A stretch of DNA of 64,000 nt, from the IMG/VR virus record IMGVR_UViG_3300037478_000449, positions 36,219-100,218 of that record; one strand, 5' to 3'. Below the pieces are notes generated by a model that did no database searches, was not told where the DNA came from, and saw only the letters and a program-made list of their open reading frames with translations. Shown piece by piece: positions 25,188-33,344 of the stretch; within the stretch, counting starts at the first letter, position 1; every line of letters starts with the position of its first letter. The position numbers and the translations under genes were made by a program. This DNA comes from a virus.

Positions 25188-26635
25188 GCCGTCCGCCAGT
25201 CGATCCTGACCCGGGACAGGTCCACCCCCCGGTAGGGCGGGGTAGCCCGGCCGATGGTCACCCTCGTGACGAACCGGCGGACCATCTCCCGCCGCTCATC
25301 CAGTGTCATCCCCGCCCACACCCGGGGGTCGGTGAGCACGGCCGGGTCGGCATCACCCAGCGGTGGCGGGATGTCGACCAGCTCGCCCCGCAGCTCGGCC
25401 TCCTGCGCGGCCAGGCCGTCGCGGGCCGTGCGCCATTCTTCGTCGGTCAACTCCCGCGCCCAGCGGGCCGCCAGCTCGCGCCGCTTGCGGCCGAGCCGTT
25501 CCAGCTCGGCGCCGATGGTCTCCCGCCGCTCGGAATGCTCGTCGACTGCGACCGCGGCAACGAAGGCCGGGGTGGCGAGCTGGCGCATCAGCGTGGCGAG
25601 AACGTGCGCCTCGGCCGGCACGGCGGCGATGCCCACGCAGCCCTTTCCGCCGTGCCGCGGTTTCATCGAGCACACCAGGTAGGGCACCGACTGGCCGCGG
25701 CGGAGCTGTTTGAGCGTGCCGATGATCTCCGCGTCGCACTCCCCGCACCGGGCAAGGCCACCGGTGAGCAGGTAGCGACGCGCGGCCCGCCGGCCGGGGG
25801 CGGGAACCGCGTACAACCCGCCGCGGGCATCGGCAACAACCCGGGCGGCGCCGAGCCGGTCGCGGCACGCCTGCCACGTCGACTCGTCCAGGATCGCCGG
25901 CCAGTTCCCGCGGCCGACGATCCGCCCCTGGTGAAGCCGCTGGCCGGCTACGGCCGGGGTGGTCACCATCGAGCGGATGGTGGTGGTGGTCAGGGTGCCG
26001 CCGCGCGAGCCCCGGACCCCGTTGCTGGCCAGGTGTCGGACGATCGAGGTGAGCGACCAGCCGGCCAGTACCTTCTCCGCCACTCCGCGGATGATCATGG
26101 CCTGTTCGGGCACGATCTCGTACGTCTTCCCGCCGCGTTCGTCCACCGCGTGCCGCAGCCCGTACGGGATGGACGGCGGCGGCTGGCCGGCTGCGGCGTT
26201 GGCGTCAAGGCGGTCCTTGATCCGCTGCCGCAGCCGGCGAATCTCACCCGCGGATATGACGGCCTTGATTCCGGCTACGTCATCGTTGACCCGCAACACC
26301 CCGTCGCGTCGGGTGTGGACCTCGACAACGCCGACGATCAGCAGCTCGGCGGCGAGGATGAACCAGTCGATCTCGATGCGCTCCAGCCGGCTCTGCTCGA
26401 TCGTCCACATCTGCGCGACCTGGCCGGAGCGGATCTGTTCCCGCAGCGCCAGGTACCGGGGCCGGGGGCCGCCGGACGCCGCGCTGAACCCAGGGTCGGC
26501 GTACACGACCACCGGCAGGTCGGGCCAGTGCGCAGCGGCGTACTCCCGTCCGTACTGCTCCTGGACCGGTATGCCCTCGTACAGGCTGTCCGGCCGGGGT
26601 GAGAGCCTGAGGTACAGCGCGGCGTGTCTGGCCAT
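25184..26635 (-). CDS. int: Large serine recombinase (integrase)
   Basis: ALYLRLS catalytic motif, DPGFSA, RPRY, QSRLER, PYG, YLLTGGLARCGECD zinc ribbon, coiled coil. Confidence 0.93.
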   Translation of the reverse strand: MARHAALYLRLSPRPDSLYEGIPVQEQYGREYAAAHWPDLPVVVYADPGFSAASGGPRPRYLALREQIRSGQVAQMWTIEQSRLERIEIDWFILAAELLIVGVVEVHTRRDGVLRVNDDVAGIKAVISAGEIRRLRQRIKDRLDANAAAGQPPPSIPYGLRHAVDERGGKTYEIVPEQAMIIRGVAEKVLAGWSLTSIVRHLASNGVRGSRGGTLTTTTIRSMVTTPAVAGQRLHQGRIVGRGNWPAILDESTWQACRDRLGAARVVADARGGLYAVPAPGRRAARRYLLTGGLARCGECDAEIIGTLKQLRRGQSVPYLVCSMKPRHGGKGCVGIAAVPAEAHVLATLMRQLATPAFVAAVAVDEHSERRETIGAELERLGRKRRELAARWARELTDEEWRTARDGLAAQEAELRGELVDIPPPLGDADPAVLTDPRVWAGMTLDERREMVRRFVTRVTIGRATPPYRGVDLSRVRIDWRTA

Positions 26636-26641
26636 GGGGCG

Positions 26642-26709
26642 AGACTACGGTCCCGCTTGCGCCTTTACAAGACGCGTCCACCCAGGCTTGACGCTAGGTA
26701 GCAAGCGGG
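26642..26709. promoter_or_regulatory. Integrase promoter overlapping candidate attP
   Basis: Minus strand TTGTAA-17-TAGTCT just before ATG; inverted repeat CCCGCTTGC (26652) / GCAAGCGGG (26701). Confidence 0.4.
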
Positions 26710-27122
26710 TTCCGTTCCCGCCCGGACCCGTTCAGCGCCACCACGTTCCCGTCGCCGAGTGTCCGCCCGGCCAGGCCATCGGCGTACCCGGCCAGGTACC
26801 GGTCGTCATACTCCGCAGGCTCGCTCGCCTTCGCGGCGCAGGCCCGCCCCACCAGCTTGGCTTCTGCCCGGTCGATCCGCCCGCCCAGCTCCCCGGTGAT
26901 GATCCGGCAGGCCGCACCTGCGATCCAGGCGAGCATCATCGCGCAGCCGGACACGGACATCAGCACCTTGATCAACCCGCGGCCGGTGCCCCACTCCAGC
27001 GTGACAGCCAGCGGGTAGGCGACCAGGCTGAGCGCCAGCAGGCCGGCGGACGCGGCACCGATGATGATCAGCCACCGGTAGGTGGTCCACATCGACTGGT
27101 CGCTGTCGGTGTTGCTGGGCAT
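26694..27122 (-). CDS. Two-TM membrane protein
   Basis: Two hydrophobic helices; GGGAGGG RBS. Confidence 0.6.
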   Translation of the reverse strand: MPSNTDSDQSMWTTYRWLIIIGAASAGLLALSLVAYPLAVTLEWGTGRGLIKVLMSVSGCAMMLAWIAGAACRIITGELGGRIDRAEAKLVGRACAAKASEPAEYDDRYLAGYADGLAGRTLGDGNVVALNGSGRERNPLAT

Positions 27123-27289
27123 GCATCCCTCCCGGGCCTGGGTGGCGGGGGTGGGTGGCCTCGCCTCACGTGGTCAGACCGTCACCGTACCGGGACCGGT
27201 CCGGACCGTCCACCCCCGGACATGGGATCTGCCGGCCGATCTGCCGCCTAGGCGTGCCGGACCGCACCGGCTGTGCGACGATGGGCGGC

Positions 27290-27778
27290 ATGGGACCGGC
27301 CGGACCGGGCAACCTACCCGGGTGGATACGTCACCGCCGTCTGGAGCGTGGCCTGTCCATCCGGACAGCGGCCCGCGACGCGCGGGTGCGGCGGGCGACG
27401 TGGGGGGCGTGGGAGCGGCGGACCGGGTGGGCGGTGCCGTCCGATCTGATGCGTCCGCGGATCGAGCGGGTGCTGCGGTGGCGGCCTGGGTCGGTGGCGG
27501 TGATCCTCGCCGGTGGCGCACCGGCGCCGCTGCCTGACCCGGACCCGTCTGAGTGGACAGACCCGGACACCGGAGAGGACTACTCCGCGGACCGGGTGGC
27601 GCGGGAGCTGTGGGCGCTGCGGCACGCGTTCGGCGAGGCGGAGCGTGGCCGGCTCGGGCCAGCCGAGGCGGATCGGATGGGCCGGGAACTGGCACGGCGG
27701 CACATCGCCTTGCACCGGGCAGACCGGGCGATGCGGCCCGCCCGGGCACGAGTTGCGCACACCAGGCAGGTGACCTAG
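27290..27778 (+). CDS. XRE-family HTH protein
   Basis: IRHRRLERGLSIRTAARDARVRRATWGAWER. Confidence 0.7.
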   Translation: MGPAGPGNLPGWIRHRRLERGLSIRTAARDARVRRATWGAWERRTGWAVPSDLMRPRIERVLRWRPGSVAVILAGGAPAPLPDPDPSEWTDPDTGEDYSADRVARELWALRHAFGEAERGRLGPAEADRMGRELARRHIALHRADRAMRPARARVAHTRQVT

Positions 27779-27787
27779 CGTGTCCGG

Positions 27788-28456
27788 ATGGCCGCGACCC
27801 TCGCCGCGCTGCTGCTGACCGCCGTCGGGTGCCTTGCCTTCACCTGGCACTCCGCCCGGCGCACCAGCCGGGACCTGGACCGGGCACGGCGGCTACTCGG
27901 CGAGACGGCGGAGGTAGCCGCCCGGGCCATCCGCGAGCAGGCCGTCACCCGGCCCGCCCGGGCGTGCCCCCGGTGGTGGCGCCGTACCCCCCACCGTCAG
28001 CCACCCGCAGCCGCTGCCGCCGCTGCCGCGCCGGTGCCGCAGCAGGCACGGTACGGCCGGGTGCTAACCCTGGCAGCGGCCGGGCTGGTCGCCGGGCTGG
28101 CCCTGTCCGCTGCCCCGTCGGTGTCACCCGGCCGGGTCGACCCGCACGCCGCCGCAGCACCGGCCGGCCCGCCCGTCCGTGTCCCCCAGCCGCCGCCGGA
28201 CACCAGCCCCGGACCGCAGCCGCCGCACGCCGCCTGGCCGGATGACCAGCCGCCACCGCCGCCGGCGGCGGTCGCGGCGTCCGACCGCTACTCATCCGAC
28301 GGCGGAAACGGTGACAGCACCGACCCGGAACCCGCCACCGACCCGGAACCCAAGCCCGAGCCGGAGCCGGCCGAACCCGAACCCGACCACGGCAACGAAG
28401 ACGCGCCGCCGCTGCTGCTGTGCACCGAGCTGCTAGGCGTCACCGTCTGCGTGTGA
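27788..28456 (+). CDS. Pro-rich membrane protein
   Basis: Two TM segments, PEPEP repeats. Confidence 0.5.
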   Translation: MAATLAALLLTAVGCLAFTWHSARRTSRDLDRARRLLGETAEVAARAIREQAVTRPARACPRWWRRTPHRQPPAAAAAAAAPVPQQARYGRVLTLAAAGLVAGLALSAAPSVSPGRVDPHAAAAPAGPPVRVPQPPPDTSPGPQPPHAAWPDDQPPPPPAAVAASDRYSSDGGNGDSTDPEPATDPEPKPEPEPAEPEPDHGNEDAPPLLLCTELLGVTVCV

Positions 28457-28466
28457 CCTTTGCGGG

Positions 28467-28877
28467 TCAGCGTTCACACACCACTCCGTCGCCGTCGGCG
28501 TCCCGGTACCAGCCGTACTCCGGGTCTTCCCCGCGGGTGTAGGGGCCGTAGCCGGCGGCGATCGCCTCGGCGCAGGTCCCGAACCGGGGGTCGGTCACCG
28601 GCTCCGGCGGCGGCGGCGCCTCGGTCTCCTCGGGTTCCGGCTCCGGCTCGGGTTGCTCGGTAGGTTCCGGCACCGGCACCTCGGTCCGCTCCGGTGTCGG
28701 CAACTCGGCCCTGCTGGTCGGCGCCTGGTCCGGCTCCGGCGCGTCGTCCCCACCCAGGGCGATCGCACCGGCCACGCAGCAAAGCAGGAGCAGCGACGCG
28801 GCGGCGGCGATGACAGCGGCGACTTGGCCCCGGGTGGCCTTGCGGCGTGGCGGCAACGGGGCGGGGGTGGTGTTCAC
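28467..28877 (-). CDS. Excalibur calcium-binding domain membrane protein
   Basis: C-terminal FGTCAEAIAAGYGPY...YRDADGDGVVCE. Confidence 0.85.
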   Translation of the reverse strand: MNTTPAPLPPRRKATRGQVAAVIAAAASLLLLCCVAGAIALGGDDAPEPDQAPTSRAELPTPERTEVPVPEPTEQPEPEPEPEETEAPPPPEPVTDPRFGTCAEAIAAGYGPYTRGEDPEYGWYRDADGDGVVCER

Positions 28878-29319
28878 GGGTCAGCACTCCAGGGTCGGCA
28901 AACCCCCGCGCGACCCGGTGAGACTACCGGCCCCTGCTGATCCACAGTGTGATGTGTCCGCGATCCGACAGGGTGAGGGCTCCCGGGGGCCGGCTTCAGC
29001 CGCCCCCTGGGGGGGTGCCACGGTTTCCCGGTGCAGGCGGCGCTCCCCGCGAAGCCCTCGACGCTGAGGCTACCCGGCAGGTACGACAGCAGCCCCAGAC
29101 CGGACGCGCAGCTCGGCGTTCACCTGGTCCAGCAGGGCTACGATCAGCCACCCAGACGCCACCGGCGGACTGTTGGCGCCGTCCGCCGTGGTGTGCAGCG
29201 TTCCCGCGTCGACATGCTCCGCAAGCCGGTTCAGCCCGTGGACCAGGTTCCGCCGCACCGCCAGCAGTGTCGCCCGGTCGGCCTCAGCGAACCCCATACG
29301 GCACCGCCCCCCGTGATGC

Positions 29320-29391
29320 TGGTCGCTGGTCCCGGTGTTGATCCGGGGATGCCGGGGATATGAGTCCCGGCTGGGCGCCGGCCCACCAGCG
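29320..29391 (-). tRNA. Atypical tRNA-Met(CAT)
   Basis: 7-bp acceptor, encoded CCA, CTCATAT loop, short D arm, T-loop ATCAACA. Confidence 0.55.
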
Positions 29392-29414
29392 TGGTCTCCC
29401 GCAGCGGATGGCGA

Positions 29415-29490
29415 TGGAGGCTAGGTCCGGACTCGAACCGGACTCTCGCGCTTTGCAGGCGCGGCGCCGACCCACGACGATCACCTAGCC
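29415..29490 (-). tRNA. tRNA-Cys(GCA)
   Basis: CGCGC-CTGCAAA-GCGCG; TCCA end. Confidence 0.8.
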
Positions 29491-29495
29491 ACAGG

Positions 29496-29568
29496 CGTCC
29501 CTGAGAGGATTCGAACCTCCGGCCTCTGCCTTCGGAGGGCAGCGCGCTTCCATCTGCGCTACAGGGAC
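29496..29568 (-). tRNA. tRNA-Arg(CCG)
   Basis: CTGCC-CTCCGAA-GGCAG; GGTTCGAATCC. Confidence 0.88.
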
Positions 29569-29572
29569 ACGG

Positions 29573-29652
29573 TGGGAGCGAGAGGAATCGAACCTCCACG
29601 CTTGCGCTACAGCTTTACAGGCTGCTGGGCTCACCACCTGCCCAACGCTCCC
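29573..29652 (-). tRNA. tRNA-Tyr(GTA)
   Basis: CTGTAAA loop, long variable arm. Confidence 0.88.
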
Positions 29653-29653
29653 C

Positions 29654-29730
29654 TGGGGTGACCGACGGGACTCGAACCCGCGTGTTCCGGGACCACAACC
29701 CGGCGCGCCAACCGCTGCGCTACAGCCACC
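29654..29730 (-). tRNA. tRNA-His(GTG)
   Basis: TTGTGGT loop, G-1/C73, CCA. Confidence 0.9.
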
Positions 29731-29735
29731 ACGAG

Positions 29736-29807
29736 TACCCGCGCCAGGGCTCGAACCTGGGGCCTTCCGGGTGTGGGCCGGACGCTCTCCCACTGAGCTA
29801 CACGGGC
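29736..29807 (-). tRNA. tRNA-Val(CAC)
   Basis: TCCGG-CCCACAC-CCGGA. Confidence 0.82.
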
Positions 29808-29819
29808 AAGATCGGGACG

Positions 29820-29894
29820 TGCGCCGGGTGGGGATCGAACCCGACCACGACCTGGATATAAGCCAGGCTCCACCAACCAGGTGGACTCCGGCGC
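29820..29894 (-). tRNA. tRNA-Ile(TAT)
   Basis: CCTGG-CTTATAT-CCAGG; A73. Confidence 0.75.
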
Positions 29895-29899
29895 ATCGG

Positions 29900-29982
29900 C
29901 GGAGGGAGAGGGATTCGAACCCTCGACGGGATCGCGCCCGTACGCCGCTTCCAACGGCGTCTCCGTAACCGCCGGCCCCTCC
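29900..29982 (-). tRNA. tRNA-Ser(GGA)
   Basis: TTGGAAG loop, long variable arm, G73. Confidence 0.8.
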
Positions 29983-29983
29983 A

Positions 29984-30059
29984 TGGCTCCCTCGGCTGGT
30001 CTCGAACCAGCAGCCTTGCCCTTAACAGGGGCCTGCTCCGCCAATTGAGCTACGAGGGA
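29984..30059 (-). tRNA. tRNA-Asn(GTT)
   Basis: CTGTTAA loop, GCCA end. Confidence 0.88.
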
Positions 30060-30060
30060 A

Positions 30061-30135
30061 TGGCAGCGCGTACGGGGATCGAACCCGTTCTTCCAGGGTG
30101 AAAGCCTGACGACCTAACCAGTAGTCGAACGCGCC
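30061..30135 (-). tRNA. tRNA-Glu(TTC)
   Basis: CTTTCAC loop, CCA. Confidence 0.88.
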
Positions 30136-30140
30136 ATGGG

Positions 30141-30214
30141 TGTTCCGGCCTGGGTTCGAACCAGGGGCCTCGGCCGTGTCGGGGCCGCGCTCTGCCAGGC
30201 TGAGCTACCGGAAC
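30141..30214 (-). tRNA. tRNA-Val(GAC)
   Basis: CGGCC-CCGACAC-GGCCG. Confidence 0.82.
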
Positions 30215-30215
30215 G

Positions 30216-30289
30216 TGGCGGGGGCGGGAATCGAACCCGCGTAGGCCGGGATATGAGCCCGGTGTGCAGCCAACATGCACCACCCCGCA
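30216..30289 (-). tRNA. tRNA-fMet(CAT)-like
   Basis: CCGGG-CTCATAT-CCCGG (three G-C pairs), 1:72 mismatch. Confidence 0.78.
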
Positions 30290-30290
30290 G

Positions 30291-30362
30291 TGCCGCCGGA
30301 AGGAATCGAACCCTCGCAATCCGGATTAAAAGTCCGGAGCCCGGCCATCAGGCGCCGACGGC
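30291..30362 (-). tRNA. tRNA-Lys(TTT)
   Basis: CCGGA-CTTTTAA-TCCGG. Confidence 0.82.
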
Positions 30363-30368
30363 TTGCTG

Positions 30369-30440
30369 CCTCCCGCCCAGGAGTCGAACCCGGACATCCG
30401 CCTTAGGAGAGCGGCGCTCTGTCCGTTGAGCTAGCGGGAG
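30369..30440 (-). tRNA. tRNA-Arg(CCT)
   Basis: CTCCTAA loop. Confidence 0.85.
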
Positions 30441-30441
30441 A

Positions 30442-30514
30442 TGGAGCGGCACCCGGGAGTCGAACCCGGCCGCCTCGGCTTAGAAGGCCAGGGAGCGCAT
30501 CCGGCGCGTACCGC
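30442..30514 (-). tRNA. tRNA with TCT (Arg) anticodon on a Gly-like body
   Basis: GCG/CGC acceptor, U73-CCA, CTTCTAA loop. Confidence 0.7.
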
Positions 30515-30515
30515 G

Positions 30516-30592
30516 TGGTGGGCCGCCAGGGATTCGAACCCTGTTCTACGGGGTAAGAGCCCGCAGCATTGACCTGGACATGCTCGCGGCCC
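30516..30592 (-). tRNA. tRNA-Lys(CTT)
   Basis: CTCTTAC loop, ACCA. Confidence 0.8.
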
Positions 30593-30597
30593 GCGAG

Positions 30598-30681
30598 CGG
30601 AAGGTTGAGGTGTCGATCCCCCAGGGGTTACCCTGCATGCCGGTTTTCGAGACCGGGTGGCGAGCCGTCGCCGAACCTTCC
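30598..30681 (-). tRNA. tRNA-Ser(CGA)
   Basis: CCGGT-CTCGAAA-ACCGG, long arm, atypical T-loop ATCGACA. Confidence 0.72.
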
Positions 30682-30686
30682 ATGAG

Positions 30687-30760
30687 TCGGGCTGGCCGGA
30701 TTCGAACCGACGGCCTCGCGCTCCCGAAGCGCGCGCGCTACCAACCTGCGCCACAGCCCG
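30687..30760 (-). tRNA. tRNA-Pro(CGG)
   Basis: TTCGGGA loop, CGG 5' end. Confidence 0.9.
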
Positions 30761-30875
30761 CTGCCGGCTCCCCCTCCCAGTGCGTCCCGAGCACACTCCC
30801 CGCCACCTGCACGGGTTCACCGGGATCTGCCCCACGGGCTGCGTCTTCACCTGGTCGAAGCGGAGGAACCTTGAG

Positions 30876-30950
30876 TCGGGATGGGGAGATTCGAACTCCC
30901 GGTCTCCAGCCCCCCAGGCTGGCGCCCTAACCAAGCTGGGCCACATCCCG
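30876..30950 (-). tRNA. tRNA-Pro(GGG)
   Basis: CTGGGGG loop. Confidence 0.88.
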
Positions 30951-30955
30951 ATTCG

Positions 30956-31029
30956 TACCCCCGACAGGACTCGAACCTGCCGCCTCCGACTTCGTAGGCC
31001 GGCGCTCTCTCCAGATGAGCTACGGGGGC
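30956..31029 (-). tRNA. tRNA-Arg(ACG)
   Basis: CTACGAA loop. Confidence 0.9.
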
Positions 31030-31030
31030 A

Positions 31031-31106
31031 TGGTGGGCGACCACGGAGTTGAACCGCGCCATACCGACTTATCAGATCGGCCTCGTCACCGGCTGAGTCG
31101 TCGCCC
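31031..31106 (-). tRNA. tRNA-Ile(GAT)
   Basis: CTGATAA loop, ACCA. Confidence 0.82.
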
Positions 31107-31111
31107 CTAGG

Positions 31112-31196
31112 CGGAGAGTGAGGGGATCGAACCCCCGCGAGGTTTCCCTCGGCATCGGCTTAGCAAACCGTCCCGTTACCACTCCGGCAACCCTCC
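31112..31196 (-). tRNA. tRNA-Ser(GCT)
   Basis: TTGCTAA loop, long arm. Confidence 0.85.
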
Positions 31197-31200
31197 AGGG

Positions 31201-31274
31201 CGCCTCGTACGGGATTCGAACCCGTGCATCTCCTCCTTGACAGGGAGGCGTCCACTCCGCTGGACCGACGAGGC
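31201..31274 (-). tRNA. tRNA-Asp(GTC)
   Basis: CCTCC-CTGTCAA-GGAGG. Confidence 0.88.
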
Positions 31275-31279
31275 TTGCG

Positions 31280-31361
31280 TACGCTCGGAGGGAGTCGAAC
31301 CCCCACGCCTTGCGGCACCGGTTTCTAAGACCGGGGTGTCTACCAGTTCCACCACGAGCGC
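31280..31361 (-). tRNA. tRNA-Leu(TAG)
   Basis: CTTAGAA loop, long arm. Confidence 0.9.
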
Positions 31362-31366
31362 ATGAG

Positions 31367-31435
31367 TGGAGTGTCGGGGAGTCGAACCCCGCGGACCCAG
31401 CTTGCAAGGCAAGGCTGCACACCAGTGCCCACCCC
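31367..31435 (-). tRNA. tRNA-Ala(TGC), imperfect
   Basis: G3:U70, CTTGCAA loop, stem mismatches. Confidence 0.65.
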
Positions 31436-31440
31436 ACGCG

Positions 31441-31513
31441 AGCCACCGGACGGGATCGAACCGTCTGCCTTCCCCTTACGAGGGGGACGCTCTGCCAAGT
31501 GAGCTACGGCGGC
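31441..31513 (-). tRNA. tRNA-Thr(CGT)
   Basis: CTCGTAA loop. Confidence 0.88.
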
Positions 31514-31518
31514 ACCGG

Positions 31519-31587
31519 AGCCGGCGGCGAGAGTCGAACTCGCAGCGGCCGACTTACAAGGCCGGAGCGCCACCGTGGCTCGCCGGC
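31519..31587 (-). tRNA. tRNA-Thr(TGT)
   Basis: CTTGTAA loop, short D arm. Confidence 0.78.
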
Positions 31588-31592
31588 ATGGG

Positions 31593-31664
31593 CTCCCTCG
31601 CCTGGATTCGAACCAAGCTTTCGGCGTTCAGAGCGCCGCGTCCTACCGACTAGACGACGAGGGA
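31593..31664 (-). tRNA. tRNA-Gln(CTG)
   Basis: CTCTGAA loop. Confidence 0.88.
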
Positions 31665-31699
31665 ATGGGAGCCAGCGGGCCGCGGTCCCGCCAGCTCGG

Positions 31700-32152
31700 T
31701 CAGCGCTGGGCGATCGACGCCCACGACGGGGCGGCCGGCTTGACCCTCAGCGCCATGCCCGCCTCGGCGGGTGTGCGGTCACCCTTGCGCTGGTTGCACG
31801 GCCCGCACGCGGCGACCGTGTTGCGCCACGTGTTCCGCCCACCGCGGGCACGCGGGGTGATGTGGTCGACGGTGGTGGCCCAGGCGTCGCAGTATCCGCA
31901 CCGGCCGCCGTCGCGGGCGATCACACCCGGCCGGGACCACGCCGGCCCGGCCGTGTACCGCCACCTGGTGACCACGTACTGCACCAGGCGGAGCACCTTC
32001 GGCGCTGGCCACGGGCCGACGATCCGGCCCGGGTCCGCCTCGTGCACCACCGCCACCTGGCGGACTAGCATCCGGATCGCGTGGCGGAAGCTGACCCGGT
32101 GCAACGGACCAAGGTCCGCGTTGAGGACAAGGACGGCGTCCACCGGGTTCAC
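31700..32152 (-). CDS. HNH endonuclease inside the tRNA array
   Basis: VLVLNAD..PL, RDGGRCGYC, TVDHITPRARGG..TWRNTVAACGPCNQRKGDRTP. Confidence 0.92.
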   Translation of the reverse strand: MNPVDAVLVLNADLGPLHRVSFRHAIRMLVRQVAVVHEADPGRIVGPWPAPKVLRLVQYVVTRWRYTAGPAWSRPGVIARDGGRCGYCDAWATTVDHITPRARGGRNTWRNTVAACGPCNQRKGDRTPAEAGMALRVKPAAPSWASIAQR

Positions 32153-32171
32153 CTCCTCGTGGGGTGGGCGC

Positions 32172-32247
32172 TGGAGCGGCTGGCCGGGTTCGAACCGGCG
32201 GCCTCGACGATGGCAACGTCGCGCTCTGCCAACTGAGCTACAACCGC
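32172..32247 (-). tRNA. tRNA-Gly(GCC)
   Basis: TTGCCAT loop, TCCA. Confidence 0.9.
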
Positions 32248-32252
32248 ATGAG

Positions 32253-32325
32253 AGCCATCGAGCGGGCTTGAACCGCTGGCCTCCTTCTTACCGGGAAGGC
32301 GCTCTACCGACTGAGCTACGACGGC
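32253..32325 (-). tRNA. tRNA-Thr(GGT)
   Basis: CCGGTAA loop. Confidence 0.85.
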
Positions 32326-32326
32326 G

Positions 32327-32403
32327 TGGTGCTCCGGGTGCGACTCGAACGCACACTGTGCGCGGTTTGGGCGCGCCGCCTCCTACCGTTGGGCTACCGG
32401 AGC
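32327..32403 (-). tRNA. tRNA-Leu(CAA), short variable arm
   Basis: GCGCG-CCCAAAC-CGCGC, ACCA. Confidence 0.78.
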
Positions 32404-32408
32404 ACGAG

Positions 32409-32482
32409 CTGGGGGCGGGGGATTCGAACCCTGTCCATGACCCGGGTCAAAGCCGGGCATCCTGCCGTTAGATGAGCCCCCA
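32409..32482 (-). tRNA. tRNA-Gln(TTG)
   Basis: CTTTGAC loop. Confidence 0.85.
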
Positions 32483-32613
32483 ACGATGTGATGCCGGGCG
32501 TGGGGGCGGTGACCACCGCGCTGGCCGGGTAGCTACTCCCGTCGCGCCGGCTGGCAGGCTGCGCAACCCGCCGGCCGGTTTCGCGGCGTCCGCCGCCCCG
32601 GTGCCCGGCATCG

Positions 32614-32685
32614 AGCGGTAGCGGGGACTCGAACCCCGTCCGTCAGCTTGGAAGGCTGAGGCTCTACCAGGTGAGCTACTACCGC
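32614..32685 (-). tRNA. tRNA-Gly(TCC)
   Basis: CTTCCAA loop, U73. Confidence 0.9.
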
Positions 32686-32812
32686 GTGAGCGGGTGGAGC
32701 AGTCCAGGACGGATCAGTCTTAGCGACCACGGCGGCCTGGACCCCACCTCGGTCGACTCTTAGTGCGCGCGCTCCGTGGGCGCCTCGCGGCGCTTGCATA
32801 CTCCAACCGCAG

Positions 32813-32886
32813 TAGGCCGTACGAGGTTCGAACTCGTAACCTCCTGGCTGAGAACCAGGTGAGCTGCCAGCTTGCTCCAACGGCCC
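32813..32886 (-). tRNA. tRNA-Glu(CTC)
   Basis: CCTGG-TTCTCAG-CCAGG. Confidence 0.82.
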
Positions 32887-32953
32887 AAGGGCGCCGGGCA
32901 GGGTGCGTAGTCCCTGCGCTGTCCGGACACTGCATCAGCACTTCCGGCGCCAG

Positions 32954-33025
32954 TGCTCTCTCCCCGGCTCGAACAGGGACCTCCTGGGCTTCAACCAGAC
33001 GCGCTACCGCTTGCGCCAAGAGAGC
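32954..33025 (-). tRNA. tRNA-Phe(GAA)
   Basis: TTGAAGC loop. Confidence 0.82.
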
Positions 33026-33031
33026 ATGGTG

Positions 33032-33105
33032 TGGACCTGGCCGGGTTCGAACCGGCGGCCTCCTGTCTGCCGAACAGGCGCGCTACCAGGCTGCGCCACA
33101 GGCCC
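33032..33105 (-). tRNA. tRNA-Ala(GGC)
   Basis: G3:U70, TCGGCAG loop. Confidence 0.88.
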
Positions 33106-33106
33106 A

Positions 33107-33182
33107 TGGTCGGGAACCGGGGAGTCGAACCCCGCACTTCCTGCCCCCAAAGCAGGCCCGGTCACCGCGCCGGGCGTTCCCG
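33107..33182 (-). tRNA. tRNA-Pro(TGG)
   Basis: TTTGGGG loop, ACCA. Confidence 0.85.
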
Positions 33183-33269
33183 ATCGCCCGGCGTATGGTC
33201 GACGCCGGGCTCATGCCATCCGCTGTGGAGATATCAACCGCCGATCCCGCCGGCCGTAGCCGGGAGAAG

Positions 33270-33344
33270 CAGGGGCGACAGGATTCGAACCTGCGGCATC
33301 TGGTTTTGGAGACCAGCGCTCTGACCGTGCTGAGCTACACCCCT
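33270..33344 (-). tRNA. tRNA-Trp(CCA)
   Basis: CTCCAAA loop, AGGGGTG 5' end. Confidence 0.92.
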
